Shown: positions 1 through 11,765 of the stretch, piece after piece
Layout of the letters: every line of letters starts with the position of its first letter
How positions within the stretch are numbered: position 1 is the first letter of the stretch
Assembly: GCA_028534125.1 (NCBI GenBank)
Contig: CM052817.1
Coordinates: 22,694,001 to 22,758,000 of the forward strand
Length of the DNA: 64,000 nt
Reading direction: 5' to 3'
From: Lama glama
Lineage: Eukaryota
The notes under the pieces: model-generated
Databases searched by the model: none
The model's input: only the letters and a program-made list of their open reading frames with translations
What the model was told of the DNA's origin: nothing
Translations under genes and position numbers: made by a program

Positions 1-49
1 ACTGGGTTACACTCTTTAAGTACCTGTAAAACAATGAAGATTATTGACT

Positions 50-580
50 GGGGGTAGTTTTATCATGATTAGCTTTCCCTGTTGAGAGTGATCATTGTGG
101 AGGAATTGTAAAGGCTAACTTGGAAAGGAGCAAAGCAATTTCCAACTAAGAAGTCTGGAATAGATGAAGTGATAAATAATAAATTCTTAATTAGACAAAT
201 AGCAACTGTAAAGAAAAAAAAATAGAAACATTATTATAGTAAAGGATCCTTAAGAAATGAGACCTTTTTTTTTAAGGAGCAAAGAAAGAGAGAGAGGAAG
301 AGAGAGAGAGAGAGAAATCTAAGACAACAGAAGTTTGCTGACATGAGTTCCTAAAGAAAAACTGATGTGTTCCCGCTGTCCAAAAGTTATTAGGTGTAGG
401 ATAGATGCTTTCATCAGAAAAAAAAAAATAGAGAATTCGTCAACTTTCCAAATTTAGACATGCTATTAAAGTTGATGTTCTTGTGAAATATACATCTGAA
501 CATCCAAATGGACATATGGATCCAGTATTTAGTAGGGATCTTGGCTAGAGATGCAAATCTGAAAGTTATCAGCATCGGTA
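50..580 (-). mobile_element. L2 LINE fragment, highly decayed
   Basis: 470-575 (gttgatg...gaacatccaaatggacat...ggctagagatgcaaatctgaaagttatcagcat) resembles the antisense of L2 ORF2; boundaries approximate. Confidence 0.55.
281..315. repeat. GA-rich microsatellite
   Basis: aaagaaagagagagaggaagagagagagagagaga, read directly. Confidence 0.9.
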
Positions 581-1479
581 AAGTAATTCTTTTGAGTAGT
601 GAAAGCAACTTAATAATCCCTACCATATTACTACAAGAATTCTCAGAGTAGAAAGACTTTCTCTATTTTAATAATGTTTCAGAGGAACAGGAAATGGTTT
701 TCAACAATCACTTGTTATGGTAATAACAGATAAGTGCCACAGAACACTAAGCTTGTTCTAAATAGTTTCTTTAAGATTAAACATATAACCTATACAAGTT
801 CTCTTAAGTTTTAGAGTGCACTTGTCATTTTTTTCCTTTTGTTTCAAAACTTCAACTACACTTATTTATTTATAAATTGTGTTTCTCTTGAAAATGAAAT
901 TGTATATATTTATTAAACTTTTATATTTCCATACAATAGGATAATAATTAGACATCAGAATACAATATTTTTAAAGAAAAAACTGTGTAGCTCAAAATTT
1001 TTAGCCATATGAAAGATATATAATAGTGTAAAGAGGTTATTGAATAAAACATTACAAGGTAAATTTATTTAGTCTATTTTCGGAGAACTAACTAGTATTT
1101 CATGTAGACCTAAGGAGAAGACAAAGGTGAGTTTGCCTTATTCACTACCTCGTTAGAATTTTGACATAGTCTAAGAAAAACTTAGACAATCAATCTAAGA
1201 ACTCACAAAGAATCATGAAAAATGAATCTTGTCCTTAATTATGAGATAGTGTATGACAGTGAAAAAAAAAATCAAAGAAGACAGAACTTCTCTATGGGGA
1301 TCTTTAAGATCCATGAGGCACAGATCTACTTGTGTGTGGTAGACGGTCACTCATCTACCCAAGCACTAGAGTAAGTTTGAATGAATATGTTCAATGAGAT
1401 ATTTGAATCCAATAAAGATACAAAACTTTATGGAGAAACTACACTCTTTACATCAGTTTCTTGCACGATTAAATTCAAG

Positions 1480-2190
1480 ATAATACACGCAGTTACACAA
1501 GCCAGAAATCTGAGTATCATCCTTGCCCCTCATCTCTTTTACTTCCTACATCTAATCACCAAAATTGGTAGATTTTTACCTCCTTAAAATAGGACAATCA
1601 TTCATGTCAATGTTTACCCTCACTGTTGCTGCTTTATATTAGGTGATCATTCTTTCTTGCCTGGATTGATGCAACAGCTTTTTTTCAGTCCTACCTTTCA
1701 CCAGTTCACACTCCACCCTGTAGAAAGGTTGTATTTTTAAATTTACAGACATAATTATGTCTCTTTTCTGTCTAAGACCCTCATATAATTTCCCATCACA
1801 GTCACAATAATGTCCAGACTCTTGACAACTACTTTTAGGAGGTTCCTTACAATTTGACCCTCTTATATTGCTCAACATTTTATGCCTTGTGATCCAACCA
1901 CTGTGGGCCACCGCGTGTGTATATGTCCTTACCTTCCTTATTCCCTCACCTTTCACCCCCTACCACTTTTACTTTGTTAATCACTGATCTCTTCTTTAGT
2001 GACTTTCTCTAAATCCCGAACTCGACCAAAGTGCCCTTCCTAGAAGTCCCATGGCACCTCTGTTTCCGATCAATATACTGATCATATTGTGCTACCAAGA
2101 CTGATTACTTGCTTATTTCCACGTTAGAGTGTCATCAACTTCAGTGGAGAAACTGTTTCTGCTTCCTATTTACTCCCAGTGCACCACCCA
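1480..2190 (+). mobile_element. L2 LINE 3' fragment
   Basis: L2-type motifs caagccagaaatctgagtatcatcctt and tcttgcctggattgatgcaacagc. Confidence 0.6.
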
Positions 2191-2629
2191 ATTTTTGTTT
2201 ACATGCAGGTGGGAAGTGTTTCAAACTCATTTTTATGTAATTAATCAGTCATATAACAATGATAAAAATTGTAATTAGTGGTGTCTAAAGAGTAATGATT
2301 AGTAAGGTATCTTTTGTACTATTTGAAATGATTTGTTAACCTTAAAGTTAGTTTGGTTCAGAGAGTAGAACATAGCTACAAAAATTGTGAAAATGAATTT
2401 AAGTAGCTTATGTATACTTAGCATTATATAGTTTTAGAAACTTAACTTCCAAAAAATATTAAATAATATATGAAAACAGAATATAAAATATATGTATATT
2501 TCAAATTGTACCTGTAGTAAACATTGCTTTTCTTTTTGTCCTACCCCCACCCCCCGTCAATTCTGAACTTTCTAGTGTTTTGAAAATACTTTATAGTATT
2601 TATTCTTACTACTATCTTTTTTATCTTCA

Positions 2630-2895
2630 TGGGCCTATCTCTAGCAGAATTCCCTTATAAGATGGGAGCTGGGTTCTATGAGAACAGAAATAGAGGTATC
2701 AGAACTCTTAAGGTGTAGGAATGGAACTTGCACAACTTCACCTCCTTTGCAATCTGTGAGTCAAAGTAAGTCATGAGGCCAGTCTACATTCATGGTGAAG
2801 GAAAATGGACTATACTTCTTGATGCAAAGAGTGGAATCTAGGTATAGGGAAAGAAGGAATTGCTTTTAAATATCTTTTGAGACTATCTTCCAGGA
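2630..2895 (-). mobile_element. MaLR LTR fragment (MLT1-type)
   Basis: tcaaagtaagtcatgaggccagtctacattcatggtgaaggaaaatggactatacttcttgatg resembles antisense MLT1 core. Confidence 0.65.
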
Positions 2896-2928
2896 TACCT
2901 AATAAATTATGCATCTGCATATGTGTTT

Positions 2929-2964
2929 TCTCTCTCTCTGTGTGTGTGTGTGTGTGTGTGTGTG
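2929..2964. repeat. compound (TC)n(TG)n microsatellite
   Basis: (TC)5 followed by (TG)13, read directly. Confidence 0.95.
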
Positions 2965-2969
2965 TATAA

Positions 2970-3370
2970 AACATGATTGAGCATAATCATATACTAGGAG
3001 TTGCTCTGGTTATCTGAGATGTAGATACGAACAAATCAGGCATTTATCTTATCCTCATGAATCCAGTGGAAGAGACAGTTTATAATTAAGAAGAAATAAA
3101 AAATAAACAAATATGAGGGGGTATAATTATGGAAGATGAAAAAATAGAGGACTTGTGCTAGAAAAGTTGATCAAGAAAAATCTTTAGGGAGAGATATTTG
3201 AGAAGCACTCTGTTTAAGTTAATGAAAAGCTCTTTCTAATTTTTGCAATATGATGAATTGAAATATACTAGGATTGTAAAAACAGAAACTCAGGAAAAAG
3301 GAAGGGAACTAATCTGGGCTCGATTAAGTGGCTTAGTTAGTGCTAAAGGCAATAGGAAGCCAATTAGTAT
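2970..3370 (-). mobile_element. L2 3' end fragment
   Basis: attgagcataatcatatactagg...tccagtggaagagacag resembles antisense L2 3' end. Confidence 0.45.
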
Positions 3371-3924
3371 TAAAATACTAATTTTAATCCTATGGCATCC
3401 TATGGCATAAAGTTATGAAATAGCAAATAAAGTATTGCTAATGGGCACATAGAATGAACTGTCCATTAAAGGCAAACCTCTGGGGCACTAGTGTTTGTTG
3501 GCTGCCATAGAGAATAAAGGGTACCAGGTATTCAAGGACTGTGGGTTTGAGGGGCTACTTCTAAAAGATAAACACAGCTTTGAAAGTATTGTGGACTGAA
3601 GCCTTGAGACATGTTATATCTGTGCTAAAATAGTCTTCTATCTCTTGCAGCTACAGGGATGATTAACCAAAATCCAAATGCATAATTTGTTCCCACCGAT
3701 GGGTGACTATCAGCAATTGAACTCACAGTCTTACCAGATGTTTAATGTAATAGGATATACACTGTGAAAGACTGGGAAATGGTCTTAAAATCAGAATCAT
3801 GTATTTGAAAGATCCCAAAGACTGCTTACCCACACTCCAACTCATCCTCTTATCCCTGAAAAGTAGTCTTTTATTATCTATTTGATCAGCCTATTTCTGC
3901 CTTTCTAGAAAATCCTTTAAAACC

Positions 3925-4043
3925 TATACTTAAGTATCCACCTAAGAGACAGATTTAATTGGTTTGAGGTGTGGCCTTGTCATCAATAATTTTTATAAGC
4001 TCCCCAGGTAATTATAGTGTGCAGCCAAAGTTGGGATTCACTG
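3925..4043 (+). mobile_element. MER5A-type hAT-Charlie MITE, 3' half
   Basis: aagctccccaggtaattatagtgtgcagccaaagttgggattcactg matches the MER5A end. Confidence 0.75.
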
Positions 4044-4294
4044 ACTCAGAGAGAGTTTTCTGGCTTTTGTTTTTGTTTCTGTGTTTTTCCCTTAATGAGC
4101 AAACTGGAACAGCTGGGAGTGGTTTTAATTGTTTGCTTGGTTGGTTGACTGAAACCTAGATTCACTATGGCACCAAGCAAATTAGATGAGATGTCAAACA
4201 TTCCTTGATATTAGTAAAGGAAAGAATCCAAAGAGTGTGAGATGACATGTATATGACATATTCAACTATTTCTCAAATAAATAACTTTTTGTAA

Positions 4295-4445
4295 GTCATT
4301 GCATTTCCTCTTTATAAAACGGGTTTTTAACAGTATTTTTCTCATAGGATTATTGTGAGAAACAAATAAGTTAATATCATTAAAAAGCTGAGAAATGTCC
4401 TAGTGTATATTTAGCTATATATAACTGTATCAGCAATAATCATGC
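4295..4445 (+). mobile_element. MIR SINE fragment
   Basis: MIR core tttcctctttataaaacggg...ctcataggattattgtgagaaacaaataag. Confidence 0.65.
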
Positions 4446-5190
4446 TGTTACTCATAATGATTATGATGACAAATCACAAGAAGGAAAGTGAACAAATCTT
4501 TGTGAAGACCCCAAGAAATATACAGAGGAGGGATGTAATAACATTTGGGAAGTATTTTAGACCAAGGATTTCAATGGATATGAAATTAAATCCTTAGATA
4601 TTAAAAGGAAAGTAATAATACTTACTTGCTAGAAGTATTATTTGAACAATTATCATGATAGGCAGGAGAGACAGTAGAGTAAACTAAAATTATGACTTAC
4701 ACTGATTTCGGTTTGGGGTATTTTCTCATGTAATCAGAATAAAATAGATGGACAGTATAATAAGGTCCTACATTACTTATAAAAACAAGCAAATAAAAAT
4801 CAGGTTGGAGAGTAAACAAGGCTTTGAGCCACTGTGGTAGAGGACCATGGCTCCCACTCAATTCCAGGATCCAATCTTGGCCAGTTTACAAATAAAGAAT
4901 GATTTGAATGATGATGACTTACAGCTATTTACTAGGTTTCACTGTAAACTATGGATGGAAAAATCCTCCAATCTTTCCTGAAAACTGATATTGATTCCTG
5001 GAGATCCAAAGGCTACTTACTACTTGATACATTCCATCGGTTAAACTGAAGAATTATGACAATCAGGACTGATGGAATACCTACCAATCTTGTTTTAATA
5101 ATTCCTGAGAACATATTTGAAATGGTTATGTCCAGCAAATAGAGGTTTGTGTCCCACTGACTTTCTGGACCCTTCAAAAATTTCTTTGTA

Positions 5191-6693
5191 CTCCCTGACT
5201 TCAGATTATGATACAAAGCTACAGTAATTAAAATAGCATGGTGCTGGCACAAAACACAAACACAGATCAATGGAACAGAATAGAGAGTCCAGAAATAAAC
5301 TCATGCACTTACGGTCAATTGATCCTCAATAAAGGAGGCAAGAATATACAATGGAGAAAAGATGGTCTCTTCAATAAGTGGTGCTGAGAAAACTGGACAG
5401 CTACATATAAAAGAATGAAATTAGAACATTCTCTAACACCATATAGAAAAATAAACTCAAAATGGATTAAAGACCTAAACATAAGATTAGATCCCATAAA
5501 ACTCCTAGAGGAAAACATAGGCTGAACACTCTTTGACATAAATTGTAGCAATGTTTTTCTGGATACTTATCCTAAAACAAAGGAAATAAAAGCAAACATA
5601 AGTAGATGAGACCCAATTAAACTAACAAGCTTTTGCACAGCAAAGGAAACCATTGACAAAACGAAAAGACAATCTACTGAAAGGGGGAAAATATGTGCAA
5701 GTGATATGACTGATAAGGGGTTAATATTCAACATATATAAACAGCTCATACAACATCAAAAAAAATTTGATTTTAAAAATGGGTAGAAGAAGTAAACAGA
5801 CATTTACAATAGACTCTTTTCCAAAGAGGAAATGCAGATGGCCAACAGGCGCATAAAAAGATGCTCAACAGCTATAATTATTACAGAAATGCAAAACAAA
5901 GCCGCAACGTCACCTCACACCTGTCAGAATGGCTATCATCTGCAAGAACACAAATAACAAATGTCAGCGATGGTATGGAGAGGAGGGAACCCTCTTACAC
6001 TATTGGCAGGAATGTAAATTGGTGCAGCCACTGTGGCAAACAGTATGGGAGTTTCTCAAAAAACTAAAAATAGAACTACCATGTGACCCAGCAATTCCAC
6101 TCCTAGGTATATATCTAAAAACAAAAACAAAAACATTGATCAGAAAAGATGCATGCACTCTAATGTTCATAGTGACACTATTTACAATTGCCAAGATAAG
6201 GAATCGACAGATGAATGGATAAGGAAGATGTGATATATTTATACAACAGAATACCACTTAGCCATAAAAAGAATGAAATTTTGCCATTTGTAGTAACATA
6301 GATGGACCTGGAGGGCATTATGCTAAGTGAAATAAGACAGACAGAAAAGGACAGATACTGTATATCACTTATGTGTATAATCACTTATATGTATAAAATA
6401 CAACAAACTAGTGAATATAACAATGAAGAAACAGACTCACAGATATAGAGCACAAACTAGTAGTTACTAGTAGGAAGAGGGAGGGATGGGCAATATAGTA
6501 TAGGAGCACGGGATTGAGAGGTACAAACTATTAGGTTTAAAATAAGCTATAAGGATATATTGTACAACACGGGGAATATGGCAAATTTTCTATAACAAGT
6601 AAAAATAGAGCAAAACCTTTAAAAATTGTGAACCACTATATTGTACACCTGTAACTTACATATTATATTTAAATATACTTCAATTTAAAAAAA
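5191..6693 (+). mobile_element. 5'-truncated L1 (ORF2 C-terminus plus 3'UTR, cetartiodactyl/L1MA-like)
   Basis: Starts ctccctgacttcagattatgatacaaagctacag; ORF 5929-6222 has L1 ORF2 motifs ([22 protein letters not shown]); ends tatacttcaatttaaaaaaa; degenerate TSD aaaaatttctttgta / aaagttatgtttgta. Confidence 0.95.
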
Positions 6694-8164
6694 GTTATGT
6701 TTGTAAAAGAAAGAGCAAGAGGAAGATTGTCAATTGGCTGATGAAAATTTGAGGGGAAAAAGTAAAATTACCTTTTTCATGGACATAGGAATGAAAATAC
6801 TTACCTATTTGAATGATTACAAGAGACCCCAACAGAGAGGGACAAAATGACCTTTCTGTGTATGCAAGTCAGCCTTCTTCCACAGCTATCTCATTTTTGC
6901 TCAATGAATTCAATAATGATGCAATTATAGTGATACAGGTGGAGATTTTGGAAGAGCTGGAAGGCGTGCAATCTTTACATAAGGTAAAACTGGTTATCAC
7001 CTTTAAAGGGACCTCCTTTTCTAGCAGCAGTGACTAAAGTAAAGCAGGCAATAAATATTATATTCCTCTACAAGGAAATGGCAGATTAACCACCCTTTTC
7101 TATCATAAAGAGACTTTTTCATTCTGCATGTTGTCATGTGTGGTATACTTTTTATGTTATCCTGATAACACACCACTGAAAAGGAAAGTAACATCAGTGA
7201 AATAATTAAGGCCATAGCTTATGCCCACAGAAAGCACTGTTCTTCTCATGTTCCAGTTCACAGAGGCTAACTCATGAAAAAGATGGGACGTTCTATTTAG
7301 GATTCAATGTAGGTTTGGGGTGCTGTCCTTCAGGATGCTCTGGGCAAACAGGTGCTGCTTTCCCCTTGTTTCAAATACCCGAATACATAACACAAGGAGT
7401 GCAAATGAAGAAAAACATGTCATGATTTTCTCTAATGATCCTTTCTGAAAATTATTGTCTCCTTTCCCAGAATCCAGAGATGCTATTGAGTTAACTGTTT
7501 TAGTAATTAAGGGAGGAATGTTTCCCACAGGAGACAATACTGTTCCTATTAATTTGGAAGGTAAGATTCCACCCAGGTCTTTTGGGCTTCTCTTCTCTTG
7601 AATATACAGAAGAAACAAAGGCAGGGAGGGGGATGGACTGGCGATGTGTCTGGTGACTGAATCTGGCTAAAATCGGGGATAGGGTATGACTAAAACAGTA
7701 GCAGGAAGCAGTATAAAAAGATCAAAAAGGACACTCTTCGGTCTTCCATCATTCTGCCAATGATCAGTGTACAATTTTATGGGAAGACTCCTCAGCCATA
7801 CACTAGCATGAGGTCTCAGGAATGAAAGTTTGTGTCACTGCACTAGGGGAGTAACTGCAGCCCCATGGGTGTTACTTGGAAATGAAAGGCTTGTAGGAAG
7901 GTTTGAGAGGTTCAGTGTCACAACGAAAAGCTGCGATCAAATGCAGAAATGGAAAAGGAGTACATGTCATCAAAAAATATGGAACATGGAAATGGACACA
8001 GTATTTGCTGAAATTTTAGGTATTCTCCTTTTGAAGAAGGAGGGGGTGGTGAGTAAACACATGTTGGGTGGGGTGTAGTAGTATGTCATGGACAATAAGT
8101 TTTATTTTTTTTTATTTTTGAAGTGTCATTATGGGAAGAAGGATGTATTTGGAATTTGAAGGTG

Positions 8165-8720
8165 GAAATGGAATGAAATCAACTGGGTCCTGCTACAGTT
8201 TTCTCTGTGGGTTTAAACTTTTTTGCAGGTGCTGTACTTTTCAGCAGTTCTCCAGAGAATGAGCATTGGTGGAAGGGAAGGTCTATCTTTTACTACGACA
8301 GTGGGAAGTCCAAAAGACTCTCCCAGCCACACCTCCACATGCACACACCACCACAGATTCAAAAGAGCTACATGCAAATCATCAACTCAATCGCTTGATC
8401 TTATTCAAGATTTTTAACTGAATGAATAATTTAAAGAAGCAGGCTCCAAGAATAATTCCATCCAGCGGAAGTACAATAGTGGCATAACCAGGATCCAGCA
8501 ATGGAAGTTAGCGGGAGCTGAGGTGCCACTAGTGGAGGTAAGGCTTCCCACAAGACTGGTTCCTTAAGTGACATTTCTGTGGTTTCTCTCACCCAGAACC
8601 CCGAGGCTTTGGCTCATTTTTGTATATTTTATCCTCCTAGTTATTCTCAAACTTACCCAATAGTGTCCAAGAAATCACTAATATGCTTCAAATAACTGGA
8701 GTGAAAATCTGAGATCTGAC
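8165..8720 (+). mobile_element. Probable ERVL-type LTR (3' LTR of the upstream fossil ERVL)
   Basis: Directly follows the internal region; its end (tgcttcaaataactggagtg) resembles old ERVL LTR ends; highly decayed. Confidence 0.35.
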
Positions 8721-8939
8721 ACAAATTTGTTGGTTAATGTGTATGTGTACAAGGCTGAAATGAATTATCATGTTGGTAAACAATATTTACAAAAGTGAAG
8801 CTTGGCCAGAATGCTAAAATACTTAAACTGTGATTAATTTAAGAGATCACACAATGGGACTTTTTTTTTTGCTTGCCGAAGAAACAGCTAAAGCTTGGAA
8901 GTAATGACATTAACTTGAAATAAATAACTTACAATAACA

Positions 8940-9045
8940 TATTAAAATTGTACCATGTAATAAGCAGACACCTTGCTAAATACTCTGAATACATAACCTC
9001 ATTTAATTCTAAATTATATATCGAGGAAAGTAGTATCTTCATATA
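8940..9045 (-). mobile_element. MIR fragment (left part, split by L1)
   Basis: cagacaccttgctaaatactctgaatacataacctcatttaattct is antisense MIR. Confidence 0.55.
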
Positions 9046-9059
9046 GAATTTTGCTGCAT

Positions 9060-11620
9060 TTTGGATTATTTTTTGATTGGATATTCTTCATTGGTTTATC
9101 AGCTGTTAACATTTCCTTGTGCTGTTTTGTTACATGCATTAGAATTTATGCTATTCACCTTTAATTTGGTTATCATAGTCTCCCATCAATGATAGTTTAG
9201 CACTTCACATAAAGCGTGAGAACCTTATGTTATGTAAAGTTTGAGACTTTCACTCTGTTAAGTGAGGCAGTAGTGTATTCCCATTTCCCTTCTCCGGACC
9301 TTTGTGCTATTGTTATATATTTTATATATACATGTTATCAATTCCATATTATATTCTTACTTATACTTTTAAAAATTAATGATTTTTGAAAGGGATTTAA
9401 ATATTAAGAAAAAGATCATATTTACTCATTTCTGGTGCTCTTCACTGCTTTTTGTAGATCCAGACACCATCTTTCATCATTTTCTTTCTGCCTGTAGGAT
9501 TGCAGTGAACATTTCTTGCAGTGTGGAACTACAACTTACAAATTCTTTCAGTTTTGTTTGTCAGAAAAGGTCCCTGCCTCATTTTTAAAAGATAATTTCA
9601 TTGGTGTAGAACTCTGGATTGACATCCTTTAAAAATCTTGACCTACTGCACTAAAATAATTTAACCTTGCTCAAAGAGAAGTCTGTCTGTCAGCTCCTAG
9701 AAGGTAATCTCTAAACCCTTGAAATATCCTTCCTGGTAAGAGTGTCTTTTTTTCACTTAGGCGTTTGGGGCCATGCCAAAGTCTAACAATGTGATTTAAG
9801 GTGGAGGCTTTGGGTCACACAAAGCCTCTGGAGGCTGTTAGCCATGTCCACATGACCAAGTACCAACAAAATCTCTGAGCACCAAGGTGCTGAAAGCTTT
9901 TCTGTTTGGCAATAGTTTGCCTATTGTCACATATCGTTGCCTGGAAAGTTAATGCTGTCTGAAAATCTACTGGGAGAAGGCAATTGGAATTTCCAAGTGT
10001 AGAACTTTCCTGACTCTGTCTCATAAATGTCTTCATTAGCTGATTTTAATCCATATCCTTTTGTTGTAAGAAATAGTAACTGTGAGTATAACAGGTTTTA
10101 GTGAGTTTTGTGAGTCTCTGAGTAAATTATCAACTGAAGATCATCTTGGGGGCCCCACACTTAACACTGGTGTCAGAAATGAGAGCAATATTGTAGAAGG
10201 TTCCCAAACTCTACAACAGTCTTTTGGTTTGCGTTGCCTCTAATGAAAATTTGCTGTCATTCTTACCTTTTATCCTTTGCACATCATGTACCTTTTTCCT
10301 TTCAAGGTTTCCTTTTTGCTTTTAAGATTTTCTCTCTTTTGCTGGTTGTAAGCAATTCAATTGTGCATTTTTAAATCTATATTTCTTGTGGTTGGGTTTA
10401 ATTAACTTCTTTGATATACGAATTTATAGTTTCAACACATTTGGTTAATTTTTAGCCATTTTTATAAAATAAATTTTTTCTGCTCCCCCTTCTTCAAGAA
10501 TTCTAATTGTATATATAATAAGCCACTTGGAGTTGTCCCACAACTAATTGATACTCTGTTGATTTTTTTTAACATACTTTCTGCTCTCTGTATTTCATTT
10601 TGGATAATTTTTATTGCTGTTTATTCAAGTTCATTGGTCTTTCCTTATGCAATGTCTAATCTGCTGTTAATCTCATGCTGTATAATTTTATTTCAAATAT
10701 TGTAATTTTTATCTCTAGAAATTTCAATTCAATCTTTATTATATGTTCCTACTCTCTACTTCATATGATCATTTTTTTTTCATTTAGCTTCTAGAACATA
10801 TACAATTCAGTTGTATAACTGTTTTAATGTCTTTATTAATGAGTTTAACCATCTCTTTCAATTCCGAGTCAGTTTTGATTGCTTATTTTCCTCTTCCTCA
10901 CAGGCCACAATTTCTACTTTCTTATATGACTAGTAATTTTTGTTCAGTGTCAGACATTGTATTTTACCTTTAGATACACATAATACTTTTGGTTTCTTAT
11001 GAAAATCCTCAAGTTTTTGCTCTGGGATTCAGCTAGTAACTTGGAACTAGTTTGATACTGTTACTTGTTGTTTTTAAGCCTTGTTAGATGGGAAAAGATT
11101 AATGTTTCAGGTAGGATAATTTTATCCAAATCTTGAGTGAAAACAATTCTGAATAGTCTACCAGATGCCCCATTTCTTATGAGGATTTCCACCATGGCTG
11201 GCTATAATGGGAACTACTCCAGGCCCTTTATAGTACAAGGAAGAGTAATGCTGATCCTCCTGAAGACTCAAACCAGACCCAGTGAGGATTTTCAGGACAT
11301 TTTCTCTGTGCCACTTTCTTTTCTTCAGTGATTTCCTCTGTAAATCCCAACAGCTCTGGACTTCCAAAAACAAAGCCTCTTCTTCTCACCTCGAGGAGGA
11401 TTTTCCTAGGCTCCTCTCACTGTGCCGCAGCCTGGAAGCCCCCTCCAAGCGGTGACTTGAAAACATCACAGTGCTCATCTCATTTTGTTCCCATTTCTCA
11501 GGGACCACTGTCTTTTGTTGCCTAATTTCCAGTATGTTTAATGTATTGTGTGTGTTTTTTAGTGGTTTGAGGCGGGAAGGTAAATCCAGTCCCTGTTATT
11601 CTGTTTTGACCAGAAGCAAA
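9060..11620 (-). mobile_element. Old L1 (L1MC/MD-type) 5' region and ORF1, interrupted by an LTR
   Basis: T-rich antisense L1 sequence; ends ggtaaatccagtccctgttattctgttttgaccagaagc, typical of antisense L1MD-like 5' ends. Confidence 0.75.
9645..10215 (+). mobile_element. Solo LTR, MER77/MER21 group
   Basis: ccttgctcaaagagaagtctg...ggtaatctctaaacccttgaaatatccttcctggtaagagtgtcttt and gtaactgtgagtataacag...ggtgtcagaaatgag. Confidence 0.75.
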
Positions 11621-11664
11621 AGACCCTACAATTTAACATATACTTTTGCGTACCATTTGTACAT

Positions 11665-11765
11665 ATTTTAAGGATGAGTTACCAATAGGTTGAATAGCTT
11701 ATCCAAAATTACAGCACTAGAAAGAGGCTACAAGGGTTCAAACCCAGGCTATTTGACTCTACATT
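11665..11765 (-). mobile_element. MIR fragment (right part)
   Basis: gcttatccaaaattacagcactagaaagagg...gggttcaaacccaggctatttgactct. Confidence 0.65.

Larger units (their letters stand above)
3380..8165 (+). mobile_element. Fossil ERVL-class internal region (gag, pro, IN and dUTPase remnants; RT apparently deleted), interrupted by MER5A, MIR and L1
   Basis: Collinear ERVL-like blocks: gag at 3640-3800 and 4100-4250 (gctgggagtggttttaattgtttgcttggttggttgactgaaacc), protease region near 4990 (attgattcctggagatccaaag), integrase N-terminus at 6870-7090, dUTPase at 7510-7660 (gggaggaatgtttcccacaggagacaa), and caggaatgaaagtttgtgtcact near 7817; all stop-riddled. Confidence 0.7.

Noticed and set aside
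6795..6812. Strong minus-strand donor TAG|gtaagt
   Set aside because: It lies inside the ERVL remnant and has no convincing partner acceptor or ORF.
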